Source of the DNA: Chiloscyllium plagiosum
Taxonomy: Eukaryota
Assembly: GCF_004010195.1 (NCBI RefSeq)
Contig: NC_057718.1
Location: 6,949,579 to 7,013,578, forward strand
DNA length: 64,000 bases
Reading direction: 5' to 3'
Below the pieces are notes generated by a model. It was given only the letters and a program-made list of their open reading frames with translations, was not told where the DNA came from and ran no database searches. Below are positions 50,256-62,815 of this stretch, in pieces (position 1 is the first letter of the stretch; each line of letters begins with the position of its first letter). Both the position numbers and the translations under genes were made by a program.

Positions 50256-50814
50256 TATGTTACTGGACTCTTGTGAAGTTGTGTGACCTTTCAGGTCTGA
50301 TTCGTACTGTATCTTCACATAGATCTCTGGAATGTGCTAAAGGTTCATATGCAAAGGAGCCCTTCAAGAGGGAGAGGCTGCATTTTTTTACATTTCCATT
50401 GCCTTAATGGCTCTTTATGCTATTTTGTTCTGTGTGTTTTGGCATTGGAATCGGCAGGGAATGTTTACATAGAAACAAAAACAGCCAAATATTTTCTATA
50501 AAATCACAAGCCGGCTGATTGTAATTAAGTCTTTTTTTATGAGTTCAGCAGAACATGAAGCTCATAAAAGATTGGTTATGAAAGCGGGACTGTTGCAGTG
50601 CACTCACTTCAGCGTAGGAAGTGACCAGGTATCTGGAACTGGAGTGGAGGTGAAGGAGGAGCTGCTAAAGAGCAAAATCAGAATGACAGAGGGTGAAGGA
50701 AGGTGTGACAAAGACCGGAGAAGTTAAAGACTTCAACGCTCAACAGTGAGCCAATCAGTGCTGGAGATCCAGGCGTTATGTGGGGAAGTGTGGCACTGTC
50801 CACTTGGGCAGGAA

Positions 50815-51715
50815 ATAAATATTAAAAAGAGAGGCTTATTAATGAAGTAGTGAGAGACTGCAGAACTCTGAGATGCAGAGGGATCTGGGTGTCACAAAAG
50901 GTTAGTGTGCAGGTGCAACCGATCATTAGGAGAGCAAATAACATTCATCAAATAATGAGGAGGGTATGGATAAGGTGAATGGCAGGTGTCTTTTCCCTCG
51001 GCTGGGAGATTTCAAGACTAGGGGATATACATTTAAGGTGTGAGGAGAAAGATTTTAAAAAGACGTGAGGGGTAATTTTTTTACACAGAGGTTAGTGTGT
51101 GGAATAAACTTCCAGAGGAAGTGGTGGACACAGGTGCAGTTACAATGTTGAAAAGCCATTTGGATAAGTACATGAATAGGAACGGTTTGGAGGGATGTGG
51201 GTCAGGAGCAGGCAGTGGGGACTAGTTTAGTTTGGGATTGTGGTCGGCATGGACTGGTTGGACCGAAGGGTGTGGTTCCATGCTATCTGACTCTAATAGA
51301 AGATTAGCTAATAGAATATTACCATTTACCACAAGGAGAATTGAATGCAGGAGTAGGAAGAATTTGATGCAGATATATAAAGCATGGGTGAGGCCACATT
51401 TGGAGTTTTGGATACAGTATTGAGCACCTTATTTCAGGAAGAATGTAAATATGTCAGAAGCAGCTCAGAGAAGGTTTCCAGACTAATACTTGGATTGGAT
51501 GGGTTGTCTTCTAAGGAAAGGTCCAGGCCAGTATCCAGGCCAGGTGTTTGTAGAGGAAGACTCGATTGAAACCTACAAGATTCTGAGGATCTTGACTGGG
51601 TAGATCTTTCCTCTTGTGGGAGAATCTAAAACGAGGGGTCAAAAATAATGAGTGGTTGTCCATTTTAAACAGAGATGAAGCAAAGTATTTTCTCACAAGT
51701 GACCATGAAACCTTT
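50815..51715 (+). mobile_element. CR1 fragment with a second CR1 3' end nested (about 50945-51295)
   Basis: VRPHLEFWIQY resumes after a HER1-type tail. Confidence 0.8.
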
Positions 51716-51824
51716 GGGGCATTCTGATGCTGTGGAAGGTTTCATCCAAAACTTAGGTTGGTATTTCGAGCTCCGAAGATCCATTTTGTTCTCAGAGAAG
51801 CATTAACACAAGAGCGAATACAAT

Positions 51825-52600
51825 CGCAGAATTATTCAGGTGCAGAAGGAGACCATTCAGCCCATCATGTCTACCCTAGCTCTTATTGTCTCATCCCAAT
51901 CTTCTTGCCTTTCCCCCAACATCATTACAACAAAAAAACCTATTCTTCATCCTGCCTGCACCACATTACCAGGTAGCGTGTTCCTGACCCTAACTACTTA
52001 CTGTGTGAAAAATGCCTTTTCTCATCTTACTGTTGGTTTGTCTGCACATCGCTTAAAATCTACACCCTCTTATTCTTGTTTCTTTCACAAGTAGAAACAG
52101 TTTTACTTGATCTGCTCCGATTTTGAAAATCTCAGTCAGAATACATAGACACGAGAGGCAGAAGAGTGGTATGAGGAGAGATTGGACAATCTCTAAAGTT
52201 GTTTTTCTCAGAGCAGAGGAGATTAAGATGGGACATGAATAAAAGTGTGAGGAGAATAGACAAGAAGAAACGTTCCCCTTGATCAAGGGGCCAATATCCA
52301 ATGGCTGTAAATTTCAGGCAAGTGGCAGAAGGTTTTGAGGAGATGTGAGGAAAACTCTCACCCAGAGGTTGGTGAGAATCTGGAACACCGTGCCTGTAAG
52401 GGTGGGAGAGGCAGAAACCCTCATCACACTCAAGAAGTATTTAGACATACACTTGCAATGCCAGGGCGGACAAGGCTCTGAGCAATATGCAGAAAAATGG
52501 GATTAGAATAATTAAGTGGCTGTCTTTGACCAGTGTGGACAGTGGGCTAAGGAACCAGTTTATGCTGTAGACCTCTACCACTCTACAACTGTGTGACTCT
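51825..52600. mobile_element. Two divergent CR1 3' fragments (minus 51825-52130; plus 52165-52600)
   Basis: KLFLLVKETRIRG on minus; cacccagaggttggtgagaatctggaac on plus. Confidence 0.7.
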
Positions 52601-53194
52601 AATCAACTCCAAGAGGAGCTGAAATCTTATCAGTTTGTGAGGGAAGTATCCTCAGAAAAGGAGATTTCTGACAGATGTTATCGAATTGTTCCACTCATGC
52701 CAGTGTTTTGTTTAACTTCATATGTGTGTGCACGGATCTAATGGATAGATCATGCCCCTATCTTTTTGATCTTCAAGATCAGACACCTGTGGGCAGGTCC
52801 AGTTAAATGAAAGACAAATGTAGGTCAGCATTTGATTGTCCATCTGCTTTGAATGTTCTCTCCTGCGGCTTTGTTAAATTCTCACCGTGTCATTCTATGG
52901 ATTGAGTTTGCCGCATGTTCATATCCATAAGAGAGAAACAAAGCACATCAAACTGCCAAAGAAAGTGAACTTATCCACATAGCTCCCTCAAAGCTCTGCT
53001 TCCAGGTGCACACAGCGGCTTCTGGAGCAAGTAATGAGTTTGACGCAGAGACAGGGATTGGCTTGGCTGTGTTGGGTTTGGCTGTAATCCTAATCTGAAA
53101 GGGGACTGTGTTATTTCAGTCTGCTCAACATCTTACAGCAATGGAGATGGAATCTGTTAATCAAAACGTCCCGTTCAGAAGGTAGGCAATGCTT

Positions 53195-53860
53195 TCTTTT
53201 CAATCCACTCATGAGACATGGGTGTCGCTGGCTGGGCCAACATTTATTGCCTGTCCCTAATTGCCCTTGAGAAGGAGGTGGTGAGCTGCCTTCTTAAACT
53301 GCTGCAGTCCATGTGCTGTAGGTAGACCCACAATGCCATTAAGGAAAGTGTTCCTGGATTTTGACGCAGCGACACTGAAGGAACAATATATTTCCAAGTC
53401 AGGATGGTAAGTGATTTAGAGGTGAACTTGCAGGGGGTGGTGTTCCCATGTACCTGCTGCCATTGTCCTTCTAGGTGGAAATGATTTTGATTTGATTTAT
53501 TATGGTCTCTGAGTACAGTGAAAAGTTTTGTTTTGCATGTAGCACAGGCAGATCATACCATACAAAGATCACAGGGCGATTGAACAGAGCGAGGGTTACA
53601 AAGTTGTGGCTGCAGAAAAGCTGCACAAAAAGCAAGATCAACGTTAGATTTACGAGGTTCATTCAGAAGTCCATTAACAGCAGGGAAGAAGCTGTTCCTG
53701 AACCTGTTGGTATGTACGTTTGGAAGGTGCTGTCTAAGGATCTTTGGCAGTGCATCTTGTAGATGGTATTCCCTGCTGCTAATGAGCATAGGTGGTGGAA
53801 GGAGTGGGTGCCTGTGGATGTGGTGCCAATCAAACCTATTGCCTGTCCCTGGCTGTCTTG
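53195..53860 (-). mobile_element. LINE family 2 3' end with nested Rex1/Babar tail (53483-53720)
   Basis: HTNRFRNSFFPAV; gattttgatttgatttatt. Confidence 0.8.
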
Positions 53861-53981
53861 TATCTCAGAGGTCAGGTGAGAGGTCACTCTGGGCATGGAG
53901 TGATTTTTATCATTAAAGGTCCCTACGTTTCTCCTCCTAAAGGATGCTACTGAACCAATGCTAACTGGCAATCTAACAGAG

Positions 53982-54284
53982 TGGGCGGCACAGTGGCTCA
54001 GTGGTTAGCACTGCTGCCTCACAGCACCAGTGTTCCAGGCTCGATTCCAGCCTCAGGCGCCTGTCTGTGTGGAGTTTGTACATTCTCCCTGTGTCTACGT
54101 GGGTTTCCTCTGGGTGCTCTAGTTTCCTCCCACAGTCCAAAGACGTGCAGGTCAGGTGAATTGGCCATGTTAAATTGCCCGTAGTGTTAGGTGCATTAGT
54201 CAGAAGGGGGTTGCTCTTCAATGGGTCGGTGTGAACTTGTTGGGTCAAAGGGCCTGTTTCCCCACTGTAGGGAATCTAATCTAG
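53982..54284 (+). mobile_element. HE1/V-SINE, full length
   Basis: gggcggcacagtggctcagtggttagc...aatctaatct. Confidence 0.93.
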
Positions 54285-54589
54285 ATTTATGGTCATCTTT
54301 GCTGACACCAGATTTCCATTTCCAGGTTTACCTAAACTTAGCTAATTTTTACATTGTCTTGGTGGATAAATAACTGGTTGGTGGTACAGAAATCAAAGGT
54401 TACTGAAAGGAGACATGAAATTGAAACTTTTTGTATTGTACTCATCAGAAATAGGATGAAAGAACCAGATGTGAATAAGGAGGCCTTATGCAGAATGCTG
54501 ATTAGGCATGAAGATGTAGCGGCAACAATTAACCATAAAGCTTTATTCTCAAACCATACAGGTATCTTTTACTTTCGCTTGCACCAGAA

Positions 54590-55625
54590 CATTCTGAAGG
54601 AGACAGAGATCATGGTATGTATTGGTACGAACAACACAGGTAGGAAAAGGGATGAGGTCCTGCAAGTACAGTTTCAGGAGTTAGGAAGCGGAATAAAGAA
54701 CAGGACACAAAAAGTAATGATCCTGGAATTACTTCTGGGGCCATAAGTTCATGAGTGTAGGACTTGAAGGTTAATCCAAACCAATACACACACACAGCCA
54801 CACACAGACACACAGACACACACACACACCGCCACACACACACAGACACACACACACACACACACAGCCACACACACAGTCACACACAAACACACACACA
54901 CATACACACACACACTCATACACACATTCACACACACACACTCTCACATACACACACTCNNNNNNNNNNNNNNNNNNNNNNNNNNNNNNNNNNNNNNNNN
55001 NNNNNNNNNNNNNNNNNNNNNNNNNNNNNNNNNNNNNNNNNNNNNNNNNNNNNNNNNNNNNNNNNNNNNNNNNNNNNNNNNNNNNNNNNNNNNNNNNNNN
55101 NNNNNNNNNNNNNNNNNNNNNNNNNNNNNNNNNNNNNNNNNNNNNNNNNNNNNNNNNNNNNNNNNNNNNNNNNNNNNNNNNNNNNNNNNNNNNNNNNNNN
55201 NNNNNNNNNNNNNNNNNNNNNNNNNNNNNNNNNNNNNNNNNNNNNNNNNNNNNNNNNNNNNNNNNNNAGACACACACAGAGTTTCACACACACACAAACA
55301 CACACACAGAGTTTCACACCACACAAACGCATGCACAAACACAATATAATATACACTATCACACACACATAAACACAATCCTATACACACACACACGTAC
55401 ACACACTATCACACACAAACTATCACACACACAATGTCAGACAAACATACACCATGTCTAACACACGCATACACACAAACAGTCTCTCTCTCTTTCTCTC
55501 TCTCTCTCACACACACACTCACACACACACAGACATGCAGTCTCTCTGTGACACACATACACACACATAGAAACACATGCACATGTTTGGAGAGATGGTG
55601 CAGGTGGGAAGACTTCATATTTCAT
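54590..55625 (+). mobile_element. CR1 ORF1 (SGNH esterase-like) fragment split by a (CA)n array
   Basis: IMVCIGTNNTGRKRDEVLQ..FQELG before the array; LERWCRWEDF after it. Confidence 0.8.
54785..55582. repeat. Degenerate (CA)n/(CT)n microsatellite with N-gap 54960-55267
   Basis: Direct inspection. Confidence 0.97.
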
Positions 55626-56204
55626 CAAAGGAAATGTAGAGAGGATGTGGAGAAAATTCTTTTTCATTCAGAGAGCATTGGGAATCTGGAACTCACTGCC
55701 CATAAGGTGAGGAGAGACAGAAATCCTCATCACATTGAAGATGTATTTAGATGTACGTGTGCAATGCCAGGGCTATGGGCCAAGTGCTGGTAAATGGGGT
55801 TACAATCGTTCACTGCATGTTTTTACTGGCATAGAGTTGATGGGCTGAAGCCCCTTTTACTATGCTGTAGCCCTCTGTTTTTAATGTGTAGTAAATCAAC
55901 ACATTAGCAAGTCGGATATTTGGGATAGCAGATGTCATGGGATAGCGAATAATAAACAGTGCTACCCACATGTTCTGAACATTCCCGAATTTCCAGTAGA
56001 TACAGAGACACAATTCCTGGCTTCTGCTCAATTTCCCTATGTGTTTAGCATCAGTATCTATGCCCATCCAGATTGGTCCCAGAGTTCTTTGGTGCTAAAT
56101 TAAAGACTTACAATGAAAATGTTATTGTTTTCTTAACATAAAAAACCAATAAAGTGCAGGAAAGTGCACAAACCTAAAACCATCTAGTGTTTTAGGAATG
56201 GAGG

Positions 56205-57235
56205 CAGAAAACAGGAAATTATAAGCCAGTTAGCCCTTCCTCAGTGGTTGGTAACATTTTAAAGACCATTATTAAGGATGAGATTGTGGAGCACTTGGAA
56301 TTACGTGATCAAAAAAGGGCTGACACAGTGTGTGGTTTTGTCAATGGGATGTCAAACCCAACAAATCTGTTCGGACTTTTTGAGGAGCTTGAAATAACTC
56401 CACAAAGGATGGTATCTCATCACCAAGTCTCGCTTTATCTACACGTGCATAGTACTTGACACTGACCCAGCTCCCTCAGAGCCAGCTCTCAGAGTGAACA
56501 GCACCTTTGACATTCCTGTTTATATCTGTCAGCCAAGTCTCCCTGATTAACAGCCCCAATCAGGGAACTCCCATTCAAAGAGATTTACCTAGCTGACCTT
56601 GTTCCAATCACTACAAAGTTAACGAGCAAGTTAGATAAAGGAGAGCCAGTAGACATGGTCTATGTGGATTTCCAAAAGGCCTTTGACAAGGTTTCACACA
56701 GGGGGTTGCTAAACAAGGTAAGAACCCATGGTGTTAGGGACAAGGCACTAGCAAAGATAGAGAATTGGCTGCATGGCAGAAGGCAGAGAGTAGGAAGAAA
56801 GGAGTCTTGTTCATAATGATAGCTGGTGACTAGTAGAGTTCCGCAGGGGTCAGTGTTGAGAGCACATGTTGTATATTAACGATCTGGATGAAGGAACTAA
56901 GGGCATTGTCAAGTTTGCAGATGACACAAAGATAGGTGATGGGGCAGGTAGTGTTGAGGAGAGGGGGAGGCTGCAGAAGGAGTTGGACAGGCTAAGAGAG
57001 TGGGTAAAGAAGTGGCAAATGGGAAACAATATAGGAAAATGTAAGGTTATGCACTTTGGTCAGAAGAATAGCGACATAGACTATTTTCTAAACAGGAAAA
57101 GGCTTCAGAAATGTGAAGCACAAAGGACTTGGGTGTGTCCTGGTTCAGGGTTCGCTTAAGGCCAACATTCAGGTTCAATTAATGTTAGCATTCAATTAGT
57201 GAGGGCTAGAATACAAGAGCAGAGTGTGTATAAGA
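56205..57235 (+). mobile_element. CR1 RT fragment
   Basis: VYVDFQKAFDKVSH, YINDLDEG..KFADDTKIG. Confidence 0.9.
56390..56615 (-). mobile_element. Solo LTR (226 bp) inserted in CR1
   Basis: TG...CA termini; CR1 sequence continues across it; TATAAA on minus; degenerate 5-bp flanks gagct/aagtt. Confidence 0.7.
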
Positions 57236-57239
57236 CTCT

Positions 57240-57311
57240 GGTGTTTGTGTGTGTGTTTCTGTGCCATGTGTTTCTCAGTGCGTATGTGGTTTTTGTGTTT
57301 TTGTTCAAGTG

Positions 57312-57344
<33 letters not shown>

Positions 57345-57404
57345 GTGTGCGTGTGTGTGTGTATGTGTGTGTGTGAGTGTGTGTGTGTGTATGTGTGTGT
57401 GTGA

Positions 57405-57438
<34 letters not shown>

Positions 57439-57472
57439 GTGAGTGTGTGAGTGTGTGTGTGTGTGTGTGTAT
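57240..57472. repeat. (TG)n microsatellite
   Basis: Direct inspection. Confidence 0.97.
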
Positions 57473-58534
57473 ACAGATGCACTCACATGAACTTCTATTC
57501 AGACATTTGGCCAGTACAATACTGGATTCAATGGTGAAGTCTCCAACAACCATACAGCCCATTAAAACATTGTTAAAGGCCACCGCTTGGCCCAGGTACT
57601 GGAGTGCGCAGGAGTGAGGAATAAATAAGTACATTTATATGTCAGGGGGATGCCAAGAATCAAACAATATTTGCACTAAATTTTTTGTGTGTGATTAAAG
57701 CCTATGCGTAATTTTAATTTTATAATACAAGGCGCCAGTTTTACTGGCCTCTTGCCTGTGACAAATCATTTGATTGGGTAAGCCCTAAAGGCTTGTGGAA
57801 CCTCTCAACCTCATTTCAACTTATTCCCAGTCTTTGGAATTTCAGATCCCATCCCATCTATAATTGTAGCGTTCCTTTTTTTAAAAAGAAAAATCAGCTT
57901 TTCTACAGATTGTCCAGGAAGTGTAGTAATCTCACTGTTAATTTAACGACCCAGCTTCAGTCCACACCACATTAAAATACCCTCATTAATTCCAGGGCAG
58001 AAATTGAAATGTCAAACAGCGGGAACTCGCAGCGGATTCTGCCAAATTCCTGGATCGCAGCCGGTGACCATTGGAAAGCAAGAGTTGGTGGGGACAATTG
58101 TTTTTGGAAGTTTTAAGCTTATGAAAGGGCGGGTAACAAAGATGGCGTATGCTTTGAGTTGGCCACACTCCTGGATTGCCTCCTAGTTAACAGCTCACGC
58201 ATAAAGACTGATTCAAGAAACAGCCAGAGGGGAAAGGGAACTGTCAGATTCAAAACAAGTACAGTGCATTCTCCGCTTTCATTTATTTTGTTGGAAGGAT
58301 ATTATAGATAGGTTCATAATCTGGGTGGGGGAAGGATGCTGGGATCTCCAGGATTGGGTCTAAGCAGAGTTGCTAACCTCCTCAGCACTGCCTAGAGGGG
58401 ACAGTGAGGGACCCGTGCTGAATTCTGTCGGACTGTGAAACCCACAGGGGGTGAGAGTGTGGGGGGTGAGAGGAGGGACAGGCTCTGAGCAGCTTGCATT
58501 GCGTCAGCGAAAAACCTCAGGCAAGGGTGCTGAA

Positions 58535-58915
58535 ATAGACAAGTTGCATTTACATAGCACCGTCCACAACCTTGGGGCACAGATCTTTTTAACGATTTTT
58601 GGGTTTTATTGTCATGTGTAATCAAGTACAGGAGTACAGTGAAAATTGCATAATGTCGCCAAACATGGAGCCATCTCAGGTACAAAGGTACCTTGATACA
58701 AAAAGCATAGCGCTGTGAGGAGGGAATAGGGCTGCCTAATGATCTACAGCCCACATGCAGCAATTAAATAATTGACTTTTCATGTAGATGGTTGAGGGAT
58801 AAGTACAAGCTTGGACACAGGAGAACGCTCCCCTGATTTTCTTCAGATTACTGCCTTTTACATCCATCTTAGAGACCCCATAGAAACCTGGTTTAGCTTC
58901 ACAACTGATAGGGTA
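58535..58915 (-). mobile_element. DeuSINE relic interrupted by the tail of the 49.2-kb element family
   Basis: ttgcatttacatagcacc; ggttgagggataag..ggacacaggagaacgctccc. Confidence 0.65.
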
Positions 58916-58959
58916 ACAACCTCTCTCCCAATAATTCTAGCAGGATCAGGACAGAGACA

Positions 58960-59172
58960 GGAATCACTCACGCACCAGGTTACAGTCCAACAGGTTTGAT
59001 TGAAATCATTGGCTTTTGAAGCATTGCTCCTTCGTTGAGTGAAGTCATGAGAGCAGTGCTCCGAAAACTTGTGATTTCAATCAAACCTTTTGGACGATAA
59101 CCTGATGTCATTTGACTTCAGACTTTGCTCCCCCCAACACCGACGCCACATCCAACACCAACACCTCCACAT
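58960..59172. mobile_element. Palindromic Penelope-end derivative, decayed (32.4-kb family)
   Basis: caccaggttacagtccaacaggtttgattgaaatca pairs with tgatttcaatcaaaccttttggac. Confidence 0.75.
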
Positions 59173-59174
59173 CA

Positions 59175-59517
59175 GGGCTAGACAGCTTGGATGCAGGAAG
59201 GATGTTCCTGATGGTAGGGGAGTCCCAGAACCAGGGTCACAGTTTAAGGATAAGGGGTAAACCTTTTAGGACTGAGATAAGGAGAAAGGTCTTCACTCAG
59301 AGAGTGGGGAGCCTGTGGGATTCACTGCCACAGAGAGAGTGGTCGAGCACATTGTTTTCAAGAAGGAGGTAGATACAGCTCTTGAGGCTAAAGGGGTCAT
59401 GGGATATGGGAGGAGGGTGGGATTAGGGCTCGATGGTCAGCCATGATTATATTGAATGATGGAGCAGGCCCGAGGGGCTGAATGGCCTATTCTTGCTCCT
59501 GTCTTCTATGTTTCTAC
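59175..59517 (+). mobile_element. CR1 3' end
   Basis: RMFLMVGESQNQGHSLRIRGKPFRTEIRR. Confidence 0.88.
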
Positions 59518-59837
59518 ATTAACACTGGATGACATCTTCAGGTTGCTGGAAAGGGGCCAGCTTACAATGAGAGATAGCCCAGCACTGTGATGTTACTAAC
59601 ATCTTCATCTCGCACAGAAAGTGTACAACTTGTAACTTGGGCCTCTTAACTCGTAATAGAGAACTGCAGTAAAATAGCGCTCACAATGAAACTTCTCTTC
59701 CAAAACATTTCAGGATAGCCCAAGTGAACATTGAGTTAATTCATGACGAGCAGTCAATGTTCCTTTGGAGGCAAATGCAGCAGTCAATTGCGGCACAGCA
59801 AGATCCCACAAACAGGATGAGATAAATTGCATGCTTT

Positions 59838-60177
59838 TTCTAAATTCATTTATGGGATAGGGGCAGCGCTGGCCAGGCCAGAATTTATTGCCCATTCCTA
59901 ATTGCCCAGAGGGCAGTTAAGAGTCAGCCACATTGCTGTGGGTCTGGAGTCACATGTCGGCCAGACCAGGTAAGGATGGAAGCTTCTTTCCCTAAAGGAC
60001 ATTAATGAATCAGATGGGTTTTTCCCAACAATGGGGTCATGGTCTTTGTCAAACTCTTAATTCCAGATATTTATTGAATTCAAATTCCACCATTTGCCCA
60101 GAGCAGGATTCGAAGCCGGGTCCTCAGAACGTTATCTGAATCAACAGTCAAAGGATAATACCAATAGGGCATCACTT
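59838..60177 (-). mobile_element. tRNA-derived SINE sharing the 3' tail of LINE family 2
   Basis: B-box-like ggcttcgaatcc on minus; tail gggcaataaat..ggcca..cccat shared with the LINE ends at 10378 and 53195. Confidence 0.8.
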
Positions 60178-60584
60178 GGTAGATGAACGGGTTTGGTGAG
60201 GCTTTGGTGAAAGGTAAGTTTAAACCAAGTCAACACACCAGTGCAAAGAAATCTTTTGTAGAACATGAACACCCTCACGAGGTTTCCCATCTGAAAATCT
60301 GAACCCTGAACCAAAAAGGTCCATTTTTCTGGTGTTTCATTAAAAGCAGGGCATTAGTGCAACCAGCAAGTTTTGAGTAGATTTGTAGATTAGATTGAGG
60401 TTCCGCGCGTGACTTCCAGCTCAAGGAGCACAATTACATCCACTAGTGCAACTGTATCTGGAACACTGCGTATGTTAATGCATTGCAAATCGATCAGAGA
60501 AGTTTTATCACCCCAGTCCCTGGAATGGGTAGATTGCCTTAAGAGTGAAGGCCAGACAGGATGGACCCACAGTATATCCTGTGG

Positions 60585-61215
60585 AGTCAGGGGTGATTTA
60601 ATTGAAACATCAACGATCCTGAGGGGACCTGACCAGGCTGATGTGGAAAGGATGTTTCCTCTTGTGGGAGAATCTAGAACAAGGGGGGGGTCAGAGTTTA
60701 CCAATAACAGGGCACCCATTAAAGATGAAGATTAGATTAGATTACTTACAGTGTGGAAACAGGCCCTTCGGCCCAACAAGTCCACACCGCCCCGCCGAAG
60801 CGCAACCCACCCATACCCCTACATTTACCCCTTACCTAACACTACGGACAATTTAGCATGGCCAATTCACCTGACCTGCATATCTTTGGACTGTGGGAGG
60901 AAACCGGAGCACCCGGAGGAAACCCATGCAGACACAGGGAGAATGTGCAAACTCCACACAGTCAGTCGCCTGAGGCGGGAAGACAAGGAAACATTCTGTT
61001 CTCTCAGAGGGTTATGAGTCTTTGGAAATCCCTTCCTCAAAAGGCAGTGGGAGGAGAATCTTTAAATATTTTTAAGGCAGAGGGAGGGAGATTCTTAATG
61101 ACCAAGGGGATGGAAGACTATCGGGTAGGTGCAGGAATGGAGATTGAGGCATCAGCCAAGATCTTATTGAATGACACAGCAAGTCTGCGTGGGCTACTGT
61201 TGTTCCTCGTTTGTA
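60585..61215 (+). mobile_element. CR1 3' fragment with a young, 5'-truncated minus-strand HE1 SINE nested (60732-60978)
   Basis: RGDLIET..ERMFPLVGESRTRG; SINE CpG-intact, gaaga on both sides. Confidence 0.88.
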
Positions 61216-61734
61216 GTAAATGCGAGCCCACAGCACGTCACTAGGGCCTGGAATGTAGTGCTGGGGGGGGCAGGGTAATTGAGGTATGAAAGCGGATTGT
61301 GCCTAATTATTTAAATGAAAGCAATGTGCAGGGTGCCGGGGAGCAGTACAGGTATTGACACCAACTCTAAAGGCTCAGAGAGTCATTGCAACTGTGAGGG
61401 GTTGAATGGCCTCCTTCTACATGGTAACAATTCTGTGAAAGACATTATCTCTGACAGGGCAGCGGCTACTCCTTATCGCCTCAGTTTGTAAATCGAGATT
61501 CCCGCTCCTAACCATAAGACCATGAGAAATAGGAACATGGGTGTGTATGGGTGAGTGGGGGAGGGGGTGATGTTGTAAGAGGTGGATGGGAGGTGGAAGG
61601 CATGTGTTTGCTGCCAAGCCTTGTGGCATGAGCCAGTCTGCCAGACCATGCCCAAGGGAGGAAAACCAGTTACAATTCTAGACCCAGTCTCTGAAGTTGG
61701 ACCAAATGGCAAAAGCATTGGATTTGTGAAGTAA

Positions 61735-61955
61735 GAGCAGGCCATTCAGCCCTTCAAACCTGTTTCACCTCCAAGATGATCATCGCTGATAATCCAACTC
61801 AGTACCTTGTTCCCACTTTCTCCCCAACCCTTAACCCTAAGAACTATCTCTAACTCCTTCTGGAAAACTCTCTGTATTTTGGCCTCAACCAGTTCCTGCA
61901 GCAGAGAATCCGACACTCTCTGGGTGAAAACATTTCTCCCCATCCCAGTCCTCAC
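61735..61955 (-). mobile_element. CR1 3' end
   Basis: MRTGMGRNVFTQRV. Confidence 0.75.
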
Positions 61956-62064
61956 TGGTAGTCCAGAGCCCGGATTACAATTGCCAGTGAATTGGAGGTC
62001 GCTCCACTTGAGAAATGAGATTGTTCTAAAGAAGTGTTCAGGGAGAGCTACAGGTAGGGAGATG

Positions 62065-62815
62065 GATAGGTGTCAATGTTACAGATGTGTCACTGTATAG
62101 GTGTGTCAGTGTATAGGTGTGTCAGTGTGACAGGTGTGTCAGTGTATAGATGTGTCAGTGTATAGATGTGACAAGTGTGTCAGTGTGACAAGTGTTTCAG
62201 TGTGACAGGTGTGTCTGTATGCAAATGTATCAGTGTGACAGTCATGCTGATGTACAGGTGTATTAGTGTACAGGTGTGTCCGAATGACAGCTGTGTCAGT
62301 GTAGAAGTGTTATTAGTTTAGATATGTGTTACAGGTGTGTTAGTGTGGCAGGTGTGTCAATGTACAGATGTGTCAGTGTGACAGGTGTAGCAGTGTACAG
62401 GTGTGACAGTTGTGTGGGTGTACAGTTGTGGGGGTGTACAGGTGTGTTAGTGTGACAGGTGTGTGGATGTACAGGTATGTCAGTGTGACAGGTGTAGCAG
62501 TGTACAGGTGTGACAGTTGTGTGGGTGTACAGTTGTGTGGGTGTACAGCTGTATGGGTATACAGTTATGTGTCAGTATGACGGGTGTGTTAGTGTGACAG
62601 GTGTGTCAATGTACAGATGTGTCAGTGTGCAGGTGTCAATGTACAGATGTGTCAGTGTGACAGGTGTAGCAGTGTGCAGCTGTGTCAGTTTAGATATGTG
62701 TTGGTGTACAGGTGTGACAGTTGCATCAGTGTACAGTTGTGTGGGGGTACAGAAGTATCGGTGTAAGGGTGTGTCACTGTACAGCTTAGTAAGTGGCTGT
62801 TGGGGTGTGTGTATC
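62065..62815. repeat. Degenerate 16/18-bp minisatellite (caggtgtgtcagtgta / caggtgtgtcagtgtga)
   Basis: Dozens of variant units in tandem. Confidence 0.92.

Noticed and set aside
54749..57634. HT/CV-rich ORFs
   Set aside because: Translations of (CA)n/(TG)n microsatellites and N-gaps.
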